Below are positions 29,601 to 41,100 of a stretch of 64,000 nt of DNA, one piece after another (the stretch's first letter is position 1; every line of letters starts with the position of its first letter). The DNA comes from an uncultured virus (IMG/VR IMGVR_UViG_3300013382_000005). Lineage: Duplodnaviria; Heunggongvirae; Uroviricota; Caudoviricetes. Location of the stretch: the IMG/VR virus record IMGVR_UViG_3300013382_000005. One strand, written 5' to 3'. The notes beneath the pieces are model-generated. The model was not told where the DNA came from and searched no databases. It saw only the letters and a program-made list of their open reading frames with translations. The translations under genes were made by a program, and so were the position numbers.

Positions 29601-32014
29601 ATAGGTATCTTGCTGTAAAAGGATTAAACCCTAAATTCTATGATGACACATTAATTAAAACTCAATATCAAAAAGAATTTTCTTCGCTTAGAAGAGAATC
29701 AGAAATGTTATCTGCATTAGATGAAGATAAGCTTGATAGAAGAATTATAGATAGTCGTTTTAGTGGGCGTAATCTTACTAAGTCGGAAATGCAACAGGAA
29801 TTACAGCAGAGTATTCTTTCGCATAAGCAAAATATACTTGCACAGCAAGCAAATCTGCTCGGCGGCAAAAACTCAGTTGCAGCCTCTATAATGTCTGAAC
29901 GTGCAGATATGAGTGCGATGCTTGAGTCTCAGACTGCTACTATACCAATTGGTAGTAAGATGGAAAGCCTATATGATAATTTATCTTTTGAAGGTACATC
30001 AATTAAAGAGCATGTAAGCAAAGGTCATTATATAGATTTTGCTGTTGTAAACCCTGATGACATAAAACAAATGGGCATATTAGATAATGCCGATGAATAT
30101 GTTGATTATCTAAAGAAAGACCGATCTGATTTTTATAATACGCTAATGGGACAAGTAGGACAAGATGCATCAAATGAAGATATAATGATGCAGGCTATGA
30201 GAACAGAAGGTATTAATATGTATGCCGGACGTTATCCTACTGTTCATGAGCATAGTGTTATGGGTGTCAGAATGTATGCAAGTGATGATGTCCAAAGAAA
30301 CACCATAAGGCTTCCACAGTGGACTCAGAAGAAAATGAAGAACGATAATGACTCAGACAAAGTCAGTGTCTTTAATATCTCTGAGGACTTTATGCAATCG
30401 CAGCAAGTAGATACTACAAACATTGCTATCCAATCTGCTGAAAATAAGACAATCGGAGATAAAGTAATTCAAGATTATATGGAAGGCAGGAGCAGTGACA
30501 ACTTTGATCCGACTATCGCTGCAAGAGAACGTATGGTATTTGGTCATGCATACAGAAATATTGCAGACTCATCTGAATATAATGATGTTCAGAATCAGAT
30601 TAATCAAAGCCAGTATAGAAATGATTTTATTGATTTGTATTCTAAGGCACAGAGTGCAGCTAATCCTAAAGAAGGATCTTATGCAGATGACATTTTTGCA
30701 GAGTTAGTTCAGCAAAGACAAAGTGACCAAGGATATGATGCGAACTTTGCATATGAAATGAAAAGTCTATACATAGGTAAGCATCGTATGGATGAATCTC
30801 TTGTTGCAGAGATAGCACAGTCTAGTAAGGGTAAGGTCGGTTTTATAAACAATGCAGTAAGTACTTATACTAAAATAGGCGATCAGTTTACAACTGGCAT
30901 GATAGGTCAAGTTGGAGACGATGCTGAACAAAAACTCAGATATGAAGCTGCCAATGAATTGTTTAAAAAACAACGTGGAGACTTGATAGAAAATATTATC
31001 AATGCAAAGAATACTGCTGGTGCTGACCAATTAACCATAGTTTCAGATATGATAAACAATATGGGGATCATAGAAGGAGAATATAATAAAGATAAGGTTG
31101 GTATAGCTAAAGAAAAGCTTGCTGGTATCATAGATACTGCCATTGGTAGTAAGTATGAAGACTATATTGCTAGTTCCGCTGATACCGGTACATCTATAGC
31201 GAAGTATTTAACAAGTCAAGGATTTGACATAAATGATAAGAGTCAAATGCCCGAAATGCGAGCAGCTCTAGCAAATCTAGGTGTCGATGTTATGTCTGAA
31301 ACTTCTCGTAGAGCTAATATTGACTTTATGCATAGGTCAAAAGTTGGAATATCTGCGTCTGGTGGTTATTATATTGATAATATCGATCTTAGAACTACTT
31401 CTGACAATGGACTTACATATAGTATAGATTATGATATGACATTGCGTGATAGAGAGCCTAAGCGTGTTTCGCAGCAGTTTATTGAAAATAATGGCGACGC
31501 TATAATGCATACAGCGAAAATAGATACAGAATCAATTGCTAAAGAAGCATCTGAAAACGTTGCCAAAACAACTTCATCTATGGCATCTGGCAGCACTGCT
31601 AAAGTATTATCTCAAGCTATGAAAAACAATGTAAGTAAAAACATTGCTTTAGGTGCTCTTGGTGTTGCAGCATCTGTTCTTGCAGTTGGAATTATTGGCG
31701 GCAATCCATCTCATGCTCCACAAGATGATGCACAATCTGTTCCCAAAGACGCTTATAGATATGATAACTTTGATTATGGCACTGGTACTGTTATACAGTC
31801 GCCTCCAATGCAAAATCAAGGATATGTTGTTAATATGAGGGCATCTACAAATGGTTCTTATAGTGAAGCTCAAAGAAACATGGTTCAATCTGCTCAACAA
31901 AGTTATAGCGTTCCTGGTGGTAATATGAGTGTGTCTGTAAGACATAACTTCTCTTATTCTGCTAATCAGAATAATGATAAGTATATCGAAGGAATTCTTA
32001 ATAGATTAATGTAA
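23666..32014 (+). CDS. Giant protein (2782 aa): N-terminal DEDDh 3'-5' exonuclease plus putative single-chain two-barrel RNA polymerase
   Basis: GAGAGGA RBS and GTG start. Exonuclease motifs IFDLET, GANIRQYD and HIASTD. Beta-like ENDGAFVS and TKIGYGEEKT. Beta'-like GRYPTVHEHS...IRLP...MKNDNDSDKV. Hydrophobic helix near the C-terminus. Confidence 0.65.
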   Translation: MKRSNKVRYKKYSLQNIQEQSAQTQKNTFDVFSDITRDIYNARMDRFITNGSTEHSLIIQQRRFDAVSVSPASDNLLKGLIGLTLPKTNTPSNLMHSTVNRAVKYTYQKTPYRNNLYEFNQSLDALKKAVNTGNATAYIFDLETVTGKNAKNKEHYTAITELSIKSATLGSDGKFLETTGDSIEGIIGFNAEQEGNVRNMLGDYLSGKRKIDPKRMSEEQRVAFTEILNFDYAFQNGGVSSSAEITGGGFRLYKTKSKLSREELDARVKSMSQGDLIQALDRGISKLREVHDNSDADMALQEYAKRLQSVDGKNIFAVGANIRQYDINVSRALGLLNGDPTRNGIIDITELAQHHNALTGSSTRAGAQQSNVFKQLGLSLPNGMVPHIASTDTYMSLGILNKTLDQGGWIDQNLAAGDKRPKSEFKIGGIYRAGDTVDAPISFGRGKDGTIISSTGYTYDPLNKNHQLRRNYGYSFGLQKDMSYELTGHEVLDISQLSEEQKTSFREMAGDKYLGSKNLHVVTMAPILDASDPEYTTESFTRTIILGEQDFQSAIGSLEHVGNTKISKDGKKANIFFAGYKPSDMKNGSTIETHNLESTVRSFEDNPFKMLSSMHSYTSTDVAHKELVDQLSSAIATGDQKQIDFVRSELAKSMHAFYAKKNNGIELTGKMAMHAESFANMSELVPVFKDYMRTEHGISDVTDYTETFNQAIKSFVENLTIQPKNSGYTGQRPINVGHMVKSKPVTGDVLTFNISGITRDTAQHGSMTLNFNDYRGENRYKLAERLWNASGYKASDFKDTDEYKKVQLLKNFTESLIDEDSYSGVKTAGSGIKKNQAVLDKLVNAGILSFNSESFVYGVSDIFDGDVSASQLIDRISGSIPDETIKYLKDTQDKSSVLSTMIYDALKESGVRTTSAETRMLPELRPEETFLFWGQNAAVTRVRSMDQAKDLFKKTLEATPIIRTVPASHALSKDQKKTTINSMMSALVDEEIDPIHGSKFANFLSTRGFTQEEISRKAITIGDTISEYQDYLSHLVSAYSEAGLDFSITDNGIYARDSASKYVKLNLPEIRRYDNGTVYIKYGGQDVAIESSAVIHDGKIKIRSPFSNRTGKAINNSNRTIAESERLGNKVTIETLTHQIQEDFRYNLAQAGEAFHETSSNRFTSGGTLNVVDIVSNMFGGQGSLESIGALGNFASTNPTDFRRMKDLFTEFRQNNADKPIDNIPSIGQKFYELFTANAPTIFNSIAESGAVADDSVRNIFASLAPFATQEKTMAGGSYFIGTPRYSTAMSGFFNQKRNTGFQNAKSPMSMSAEKLTSIDGVRTGRTIETEEMIKAFSGNTETVDSVRIKMAHMNQREVYDRIEKYIDSGAIKTIKDGYSEDTTKAALGVLLASNVENDGAFVSGELARALPQANVNTKSIDLTRVNFNGIRSKNKEDVIKGRDMIPQFSIDPNSGAVTIEYSKSFFVKQGENLVMLEKDKTLAAQMTTTYTTAQKDYIASIRYFNENGVELSERQINQALAALKLDPALYGMNNQEVNDAVSKMLKSKGITSTLKLNPIDVATKIGYGEEKTFATPLLLAFGGTQVQKDILAKYSEKDKRGILGSASGHILSQDAFDVIANYVGMSNEDVKIMQREMLAPTMFWKGALKGTSAADALLFTNINEVKHQSISDSVAIMTQDIIDTYKDDPDKINAILKKVYGDSAIYDPKRQSALISSNLDYINMDELTKAYKTISRKSGDIATSTVSIISADDWKAGKVTGSIAKDLAQVKQAYLNGDISSDEASRMQDQIRQRYAQDYRMEGTKLSQQEKNIFGTYKYNDNTLSSFIGAESDDEFISSTQKALEQRGILSKTDGLYALTDQYSKNTEPIYSGTYAAIDKIMKNGYDYEISTNPLGIADRKYQAKEIIDDYRHNIEPINNTDNFVLKEDLIKKSGINTVSASQMAIPTGDIATEMLKDPNNPFTHDTVIDLGERFSNDRYLAVKGLNPKFYDDTLIKTQYQKEFSSLRRESEMLSALDEDKLDRRIIDSRFSGRNLTKSEMQQELQQSILSHKQNILAQQANLLGGKNSVAASIMSERADMSAMLESQTATIPIGSKMESLYDNLSFEGTSIKEHVSKGHYIDFAVVNPDDIKQMGILDNADEYVDYLKKDRSDFYNTLMGQVGQDASNEDIMMQAMRTEGINMYAGRYPTVHEHSVMGVRMYASDDVQRNTIRLPQWTQKKMKNDNDSDKVSVFNISEDFMQSQQVDTTNIAIQSAENKTIGDKVIQDYMEGRSSDNFDPTIAARERMVFGHAYRNIADSSEYNDVQNQINQSQYRNDFIDLYSKAQSAANPKEGSYADDIFAELVQQRQSDQGYDANFAYEMKSLYIGKHRMDESLVAEIAQSSKGKVGFINNAVSTYTKIGDQFTTGMIGQVGDDAEQKLRYEAANELFKKQRGDLIENIINAKNTAGADQLTIVSDMINNMGIIEGEYNKDKVGIAKEKLAGIIDTAIGSKYEDYIASSADTGTSIAKYLTSQGFDINDKSQMPEMRAALANLGVDVMSETSRRANIDFMHRSKVGISASGGYYIDNIDLRTTSDNGLTYSIDYDMTLRDREPKRVSQQFIENNGDAIMHTAKIDTESIAKEASENVAKTTSSMASGSTAKVLSQAMKNNVSKNIALGALGVAASVLAVGIIGGNPSHAPQDDAQSVPKDAYRYDNFDYGTGTVIQSPPMQNQGYVVNMRASTNGSYSEAQRNMVQSAQQSYSVPGGNMSVSVRHNFSYSANQNNDKYIEGILNRLM

Positions 32015-32020
32015 TGTAAA

Positions 32021-32054
32021 AAAATGGGTGACTCTGAATTGAGCCGCCCATTTT
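32021..32054 (+). terminator. Intrinsic terminator
   Basis: AAAATGGGTGACTC / GAGCCGCCCATTTT hairpin. Confidence 0.7.
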
Positions 32055-32077
32055 CTGTATAATCGTTATTGTCTGAT

Positions 32078-32088
32078 AGTAATATTAA
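32078..32088 (+). promoter_or_regulatory. Putative late-promoter motif AGTAATATTAA
   Basis: Recurring motif after a terminator, upstream of 32124. Confidence 0.4.
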
Positions 32089-32123
32089 AATATACGATTA
32101 CCTTCAAGCGAAAGGATTTTTGA

Positions 32124-35100
32124 ATGTCCGAAAATAAATCGATTCTTTCATATTTATATAATCATAATTATAATGAAATAGATCCAAGTAATTTCGTGCT
32201 TCCCACTACGAAAGACTTCCATTCTACTGAATTACCATATAAATTAGAACAACAATTAGAAGCTGGCAAAGATAACGACTTTACCAGAATGCTATATTTT
32301 ATAGAGAAGCCGTATTCTGAATGTCCAGGATATTATGATGAAGACAGAGTTATTATAGTCAAAGGTAAACCTAATCTTCGTGGTGAAGATATAGGTAAGT
32401 TCGATGCCGATACTATGTACTTCCCTGTCAGTGATTTGAATGACAATAATGCTAAGATTTCTTATAATGGAAATCTTTTTACTGTCAAAGAGTATCTGCA
32501 ATATTCAAGTGCGAATTTTGGAGATGCATCTGAAATTGGCGTCCGTTTTATTGGTATAAATGCACCTGAGACATTTAAGTATAAAATAGTACTTGCTACA
32601 GATTCTGGCATTCCTCAGAAAATAAAAATTGCTGAAATAGCAAAAGATTCAAAACATCAATATCTCTACGATACAGAGTCTGATGATTATAAAAATGATA
32701 CTATGAAATTCTTCTATAAGAATATAGATGGTATGTATTATTATTGTCAGGCTACTGAATATCCTGATTATTCTGTTCCTCATACAGATACTGACGGCTC
32801 TATATACTATACAACAGAGTTAGCTTATAAATATATTTATAAATCTGCTGATGCTAATGGAAGCAAAATAAGCCATGAGATGGCGCAAAAAATGATTGAG
32901 CTTATAGGAGATAATGAATGTGTCCTTATGCTTGATCATAATATGCTTAATTCTAAATCTGGCAGTTATCCCACTACTTATGATCAATATGATGATTCAT
33001 TGCTTGGTACAATAAAAAGTACTATAGAGTCATTGAGCTCAGTAAACTCTGGCCCTAAATATTCTGGATTTTCTGGATTCGGGCAAGACGGTTATGGACG
33101 TTTTCTTGGATGTCTATATGTTAAAACTCTTATTCCTGGACTACCAGAATCAATACAAAACAGTATCGGAGAACAATGGATTAATGTAACTAAATATCTC
33201 TTATACTTCTATGGGCCTGATGGAACTGTCAATCATGATTTGAGTCTATCTTTTAATGAGTATTCTCCTACTCACGTAGCAAATTATAACTTTGCTTCCA
33301 GTGCCTTTAAGGTATGGACATATGATAATAGTAAGAAGCGTATAGAAGATATGCTTGATAATGCGTCTTTTGATAGTATTACAAGACAAAGAGAAATTCA
33401 GAAGCAGGTTTTAGGATTCGACTTTAATACACAGTTAAAAGACTGGACAGTTATGATTGGCGATTATGTTTTCTTAATCCCTCCCACTTCTATAAGATGC
33501 ATGACTCGTAATAGTTCTGAAGCTGTGCCACTGATCAGATCTCGTGGATCTGCAATTAAAGAGACTCCACAAAGCGAGCGAATGCTTGAAATGACTCTGT
33601 ATTTTAATGATGAGTCGGGTATTAATGGAATTGAGATAGAAGTACCAGCTACAGAAGATGGCGAAGATCGCAGAATGGATGAGAATACTTTAGCTCCTAC
33701 TGATGAGAAGCTTAAGTATTACATGAATGGTCTCAGAGCACTTATATCTATGTTTAAGTTCTGCCCATTCCTTCCTATTACAAATGAATATATTAATAAT
33801 ACTCTCAATATAGAAGCAGTAGCTCTATCCAGTCTTTATATATCTACGGTTCCTAATTTTCCTAAGTGTATAGCTGCTACTATCCAACTTGTTGAATTTA
33901 ATTATCATGCATATATGTCTGAGATTCCTCTTACCGGAGATGAATCTGCTGAGACTATTATGTATAGTAATTTATTTGAAAAATGTATTGATTTTGATGC
34001 TCTGAGATACTATTATCAAAAACCTTTATATCGTGGCGAACTAGCATCCAGATATTCATTTGACTCTCCAGAATACCTTAACCTAACATACGGTGGGCGC
34101 ACCGCATTACAGCCTATGACATTTGATGATTCTTCTATTGAGTTTTATATGCCTGATAGTAATCATCTTAATACCTTACTTCAAGTTAAGATGGAGTCTA
34201 TGAGCAGACCAATTAAATCACAATATAAAGTTACTGATGATGTAAAAGCATGGGCTGCTGAACTTGGCAAATTATATCCAATATTACAAAATGCAAAATC
34301 AACTAAACAATATATTGATTTATATAACTTTATAAATTATGGACCAACAGATAAAAATAAAAATCCAATATTTGACTCAGTTGCTGTAACTCGCGATAAT
34401 GACTTTTTATTTACATTAGAAGATATTAACAAACATGAACCGTCAGTCAAATATGAAGATCTCGCAAAAACGTGGGATCAATTGACTTATAGTTCTTACT
34501 ATTCTGATATCTTTAATGAAGGTCTAAATCCTGATAATCCATATCAATTTTCTATAAATAACTCATATATAAAAAAATATTACATAGATTCTGGATTGAG
34601 ATGGAAAACAGGAGACGGTTCATTATATTTTATCTATATAAATTATATTGACATAATTCGTGATATTTTTGTTATGTATAATAATGATATTATAAATACA
34701 TATACTTATACAGGCGAGTCGATAAATATCACAACAAGACAAGGATTACAAACCAATAAAAACAATATAATTAATTTCTTAAAAAATATTTCTATTGATC
34801 TTGATAAAAATTATTCTAATTACTTCAATGATAATGGAGAATTCAAAATCGATTTATTTACATCAGTAGATTCTGATAATCATTTTGCATTTGATTTTGA
34901 AAATGCAGATTCCTACAAATTAATAGAATATTGTTTTAATTATTATACTATTGGTTCAGAAGATAAAACTCAGTTTGAATTACCTTCAGATGTAATGCAA
35001 ACTACTGTAAATAATATTAAAGAAGATATAGATCTTGACACAGAAAATTCGTTTAAGTTTATAAAATATCCAAATGAATCTATGCTACAAAGTCTTATCG

Positions 35101-38100
35101 TAACTAATATATCTGCTTCATTTAATAATAACCTCACAAGAACATATTTAAAAGCTATGGATGGTTATGCTCCACAGTACTTAGGTGGTCAAGATACTGT
35201 TATAGAATTATCTATGCAGACGCAAGATGATGCCGCTGTTGCTGCCATTAATCTACTTCCTAAATTGTGTTCTGAGTATATGCGCAATTATAGACTTATA
35301 CTTTCATGTTGCCCATTACGAATCAATACAGCATTTACTAAGATGCTTGGTGTTAATGAAGTATTGATTGAAAGTGTAAATGTATCTACTGTAGAGAATC
35401 AACCTGGAGTATATCAGATAGATATGCGCCTTATTGCAATGGATAGAACTGTACGTAATAAAGAGGCGTTAAAGCGCCTTGATATAAATAATGCTGGCGC
35501 TGAAACAATAAACTCTAGGCAAAGTTATACAACCAGAGACTATTTTGGATTAAAAGAAAAAATATCTGCCGCAGAGATATATCCTGATCTTGAATTACCA
35601 ACAATAGCAGAGCTTGATATTTATGGGTTTACATATATAAAATATAAGATATATGATACATATCGTATATATCCTGATCCTGATTTCTATTTTGTTTATG
35701 GCGCAGCCACTACTAATAAAACAATCCGTGACTCTGTATTAGATAGTCTTGAAGAGAATTCAAATAATAGACCTACGACATTTACTATGGCTGATTATCT
35801 TGGTGGAGAATTAAGCGTCGATTTGACACAAGATGGTTCTGCTGAACAATTTAATGTTAATTCACGTAATCAGACTGCTACAGCAGAAGAAAATCTCGTA
35901 TCTGAAAATCAAGATGCAATCAATAATTATAAAAATGAAATTTATAATCTCAAGATTAAAAACGGCTCTGTATTTGAAACTATATATAATGGACAATCAT
36001 TAAATACATTTCTTGACGCAAGTCATGGATTTTCTTCTGTTGATGATGTATATAGCTTTATCAATATAATTAGCAATCTAAAAAATGATAACTATTGGAA
36101 CTTCTCATCAAAACAGAAATGTATTTTCAGAGGTAATCTAAAAACATCTAATTCCGAATATTTAGGCTTCTTTAATTATATATATAAATGCAATGACATT
36201 ATTACATTTTTAACTCAAAACAATCCGGATTATAATTATAACACATCTGACTATTTCTCGAAAATATGTAATAAAACAGATTTCAATTCTATAGATGAAA
36301 CAATTGATAAAATTAATAATGCCAACAAATCCACGCTCTCTGCTACAAACAGCACATGTAGATCAAGAATAGATGGTGTTCTTAGAGAATGTTTTTTGGA
36401 TGGTAATTTCCCAGATAATTCATCTTCTATATCTGAACCAACCATATTCTTTAAACCCAATACTTACAATACATATGGATCAACAAAAAATTATGTTAGC
36501 AATAATAGTGTCGATGATGTTGTTAAATCTATAAAGTCTATAGCAGATGCTTTCACCGGTTTAAATCAGTATGTGGACATTGATGACAAGACTAAACCTG
36601 ATGCTTGGCAATTCAATATGTTTTGTGGATCTGATGACAATAAAAAGCCTATTTATTTATCAAAGAATAATAGCTGCAATACATTAAGCGATATTATAAA
36701 TTCTTCATATTCGTTTGGGCCATTCCATATTAGACAATATCCAGGCAATTATATTAAACAGCATTTTTATCTTGATAATGTAAATAATACAGAATCACAA
36801 TACGCAAGACTTATAATGTCACTACAAGATGATAAGTATTATTTTTTGAATCCAATTATAATGGATGCACAAATTAACTACTATTCAGACCCTTCTAATG
36901 TTGAAGCAAAAAAAATTATAGATGGATATAAACTTGGATTATTATTTGATACAACTACAAATGCAATCGAAATAATTCTCAATCTTGCAATTTATTATCA
37001 ATCATTAATTTATAATAATATACTGATTTCTGAAATTCAGTTGATTTGTGATGAGCTTGCTTCTACTGATCAGGCAGATACAATGAGTAGTATTGTTGAT
37101 GAAAATCTGACTACTATATATGCATCTAAAGATTATTTATCATTTAGTTATGAAAAGACAAACGAATGTACAGAAGAAATTTCTATCAAGAAAGATAATG
37201 TTGAGAAGTTATTCCAATTGCAATCCGAATATGAAGCTGCCATTGTTGGTAAATCAGATGATGAAATAAAGCAAATACAAAAATCTTTAGAAGCAGATGT
37301 TACATCATATTTAGATAGTGCAAAACAGGTTATTACCCAATTTTTAAATACCTTACAAGATATATATTCTCAAATACATGCTGGCAATCTTCTTGCTGTC
37401 GAATCTTTATATATTAACGGTCTCGATAATAACATATATAAATATGTAGAAAATAGAGACTATGATAAGCTTAATGATTTGTTTGTATCTTCTCAAATGC
37501 CTATTGCTTCTTCAGACAATATATTTTTATATAAGTACTTTTTATCATTAGCTGGTAGGGAGGTTATTAAATCAATAGAAGATCTAGGTTCTTCTGATTA
37601 TGCTCCATCTGAAATAGCTAGTGGAATCATAGATGAAGTATTCTATTTAAATCAAGTCAATGATCCATATACCTATACAAGAGATTCTTTCTATGATATG
37701 ATAACAAATGATATGAGAGGTAGAATGGCGCGAGCATTCCCTGCATTCTATATGCTATTTGTTGATGAAGGTCGAGAAATAGGATTGTGGAAGCTCAATG
37801 ACAATTTCTATAATATGTCTTCAATCAGTGAGATCACAATAACTAAGTCAAGAAAAATAGCTGCTGATACTTGCACTATTCAAATGACTAATATGTTTAA
37901 GACATTCACCACTGATGATGAAGACGGCAAGGAAATGGCTTATGACCTTGAAACATTGTCTTCTATAGATAATAGTTTCCAAGACTTATGGGATTCTATA
38001 TGGAGCCCCCGTAAGCTGTTTCTCAGAGAATATCAAGAGCGTATTGAGCAGAATCCGATAGAAAGAGCACAACTTAAGCCTGGTGTCAGAGTTCATGTGC

Positions 38101-41100
38101 GTATGGGTTATGGTGGCGATGCTTATTCCCTTCCTACCGTATTTAATGGAGTTGTTGCTCAAGTATCTACTGGTGAATTAGTTACTATCTTATGTCAAGG
38201 TGATGGTGTTGAACTCTCAAACCCTGTCAATGATGGAATGAAATATTCTGATGATATCGAATCTTATGATGATTTCCCTATTATTGCAAAACAGATAGAT
38301 GAATTCGTCTCAAGCGGTGCAACTCCAAAAACCATACTTACTAAGTTCTTAACAACTAAAGGAACATGGGGACGTAAACTTATAAATACTATATCTTCTG
38401 GTAGATTCTTTAATGATAATCCATTTGGTATAACTCACTTTGGAGATCCTGATTATACAGATATATTTAACCTAAGTGAGTGTGCGCAAAACATTTATGA
38501 AGCATATAAAAGCCCTATGTTCAATAGTGGTGTAGAATCATCTCTCACTCAAATGCAATATATGTACAATACAGACGATATTCCAAAAGTATCTACACAG
38601 ATATCTGGAAAGTCATATTGGGATTTGATGCATGTTATGGCTGGAGTAGCTCCAGATTATATAGCCTCTGTAGCTCCATTTGGAATGAGAAGTACTATAT
38701 TCTATGGATTGCCCCATTATTATTATGCTTATGAATATTATAAGTCGAAAGATAATACTATCAAAGAAAAACGTAAGCCATTTCAACAGTATCATATTTA
38801 TAGTTCATATAGTGATATCATAGAAAACAATATAACTACTTCATCTGAATTCATGAAAACTAATGCTGTTGGTTTATATTCAGTTAGTGGTGCACTTGGT
38901 AATTTAACAGCTAAACGAGTTGGACCTGTATTTGCCGATATTGATATTTATTCTGAATATCAGAAATCAATGACTGTAGATACAACTTATGTCTCGAACT
39001 ACAGTGGTTTGGGTGGTATTATAGGCAGTCTTATTCCATTCGTAAATTCAATAAGAAATGATGCTGGTACTATCACTGGTACAGATAATGAGTCTATTGC
39101 ATGGAGAATAACAGTAGCTGCTCTTAAAGATGCTGTTAAGGAAATGTATCAAGGTGAACTTATTACAATTGGAGATCCTTCTATCAAGCCATATGATGCT
39201 ATATATCTGCATGATGTATATGAGAATATGCAAGGTGGATGCGAAGTTGAAGCCGTAACTCATATACTCAATTCCCAAACCGGTTTCACATCAAGTATCT
39301 ATGTTGATCCTATGGTAGATGTTGATAATAGATATTATCAAACTGCTCATATGCTTTCAAACTTTGTTTGTGGGCAATCAATTGGCGTATGGACTGCCGG
39401 ACTTGTATTATCATTTTGTTTATCTCGCTCTACTCAGCCTGTTACTAAATTAGCTGGTAAATTATTAACTCGTGGCGTTGATGGTATGTCTACACAAGTC
39501 ACTAATATACTTAATCTCCTTGATTTGAGTGATGATACTACAGAGAAAATTGCCAACTTTATCAAAGGAACTAATATCTTAGGTACTTTAAATGCTACTT
39601 ATCAGTATGAGAAAATAATTGATGCAGCAAAGATTCTTAAAGGTATCGATCTTAGTGGTCTTGCAAAGCTTGATAATGCTACAAAACTAACTCAGTATCT
39701 TAAGTGTATAGACCAGCTAAGTCAGCTTAATCTTGATGATCTCTATACAATGGTTAGTAACAAGAAGACTTCTGATATATATTATAAGATTTATCAAGGA
39801 CTTGCAGATGGTCTTAGTAATATGGAATCTACAAAGAACTCTACAATCACCAATGCGATTATTGGATTATCTGAAAAATTCAGGCAGTCTGATGGGCTAA
39901 AAGAGCTCGCAAAAACCGATGCTAATGTAGCCGAATATCTTACACTGCTTGATAATATTGGATCTGCTGATTTTACAAAACCAGGAGTTACTCAAAAATA
40001 TATTTCAGCAATCAACCAGCTTAAGACATTTAAAGAGGCTGATGATATAGGAGACTTTTTTGCCGGTTCTTCCGCTATTACAGATCTTGGTAAGGCATTT
40101 GATTCTATAGGCGACGGAGCTGAAGCTCTTGGTAAAGTTGCAAGCAACAGCGATGATATTACTAAAGCTCTTAATAAGACCTCGTTCCTTGTTACGAAAG
40201 GTAGCGTTGCTGCAACTATTGTTGGTCTTGTAGTTGAATATCTTGTCGAAGCAATCATAACTGGAACTGTTACAAATGCAATTACAAGATATCTTAGGAA
40301 TCTTGAAGTATTAAGAATATATCCACTTATTAAAAATAAGAAAGTATATACTGCCGGACTCAGCGGTTCAAGAGGTTTGGTTGTAGGCTCATCTACATTT
40401 AATAAACAGGGTTGGTTCCAAAACTTTATTTCTGATTTCTTCAATAATAGTATATTCAGAGTTGTATCTTCTTTGATACTTCCAAATACAGATAATTGGT
40501 ATCAGTATATTGATTCATGGAAACGCGACAATAATATGGCTCTATCTGATTCTGATGTCAATTATTCTAAATCTGTTGTTTTGAGCCATCTTAGTAAGGT
40601 TTCTGATGGTATGTCAAACTATGACGGTATACTTGCAAACAGAATTACTCTTGAAAGAATCAAAACATTCAGTAATGACTCTGGAAGTAGATCAGAAATT
40701 GCTGATGCGCTTCAAGCTTTCTCCAATTACTATGTAAGTGACAAAGAATTTGAATACAATGGCAGACTTAATGAAATGAAAACACTTAAGGATCTTGCTT
40801 CATATCTTAAACAATCTAATGTTCCTGATGGAGTATTCTCATACTATCATTCAATACCAGAAAACGATCCAGAAGAAGTATCAGTTCATTATAACGATAG
40901 CATATTAACTTTAGAGTCTTATCATTCGCTGCCAAATTATCCTGACTTAAATGACTATGCAATATTAAGCTGTGACTGTATTTGTATCCTTCATAATCTT
41001 ATTCAATACTATTTGCCTAATCAGTATCCTAATTATATAACTGATGATAATAAACAAATTAATATTTCAGTTGTAAATGCTCTTGTCCCCGGATATAGTA

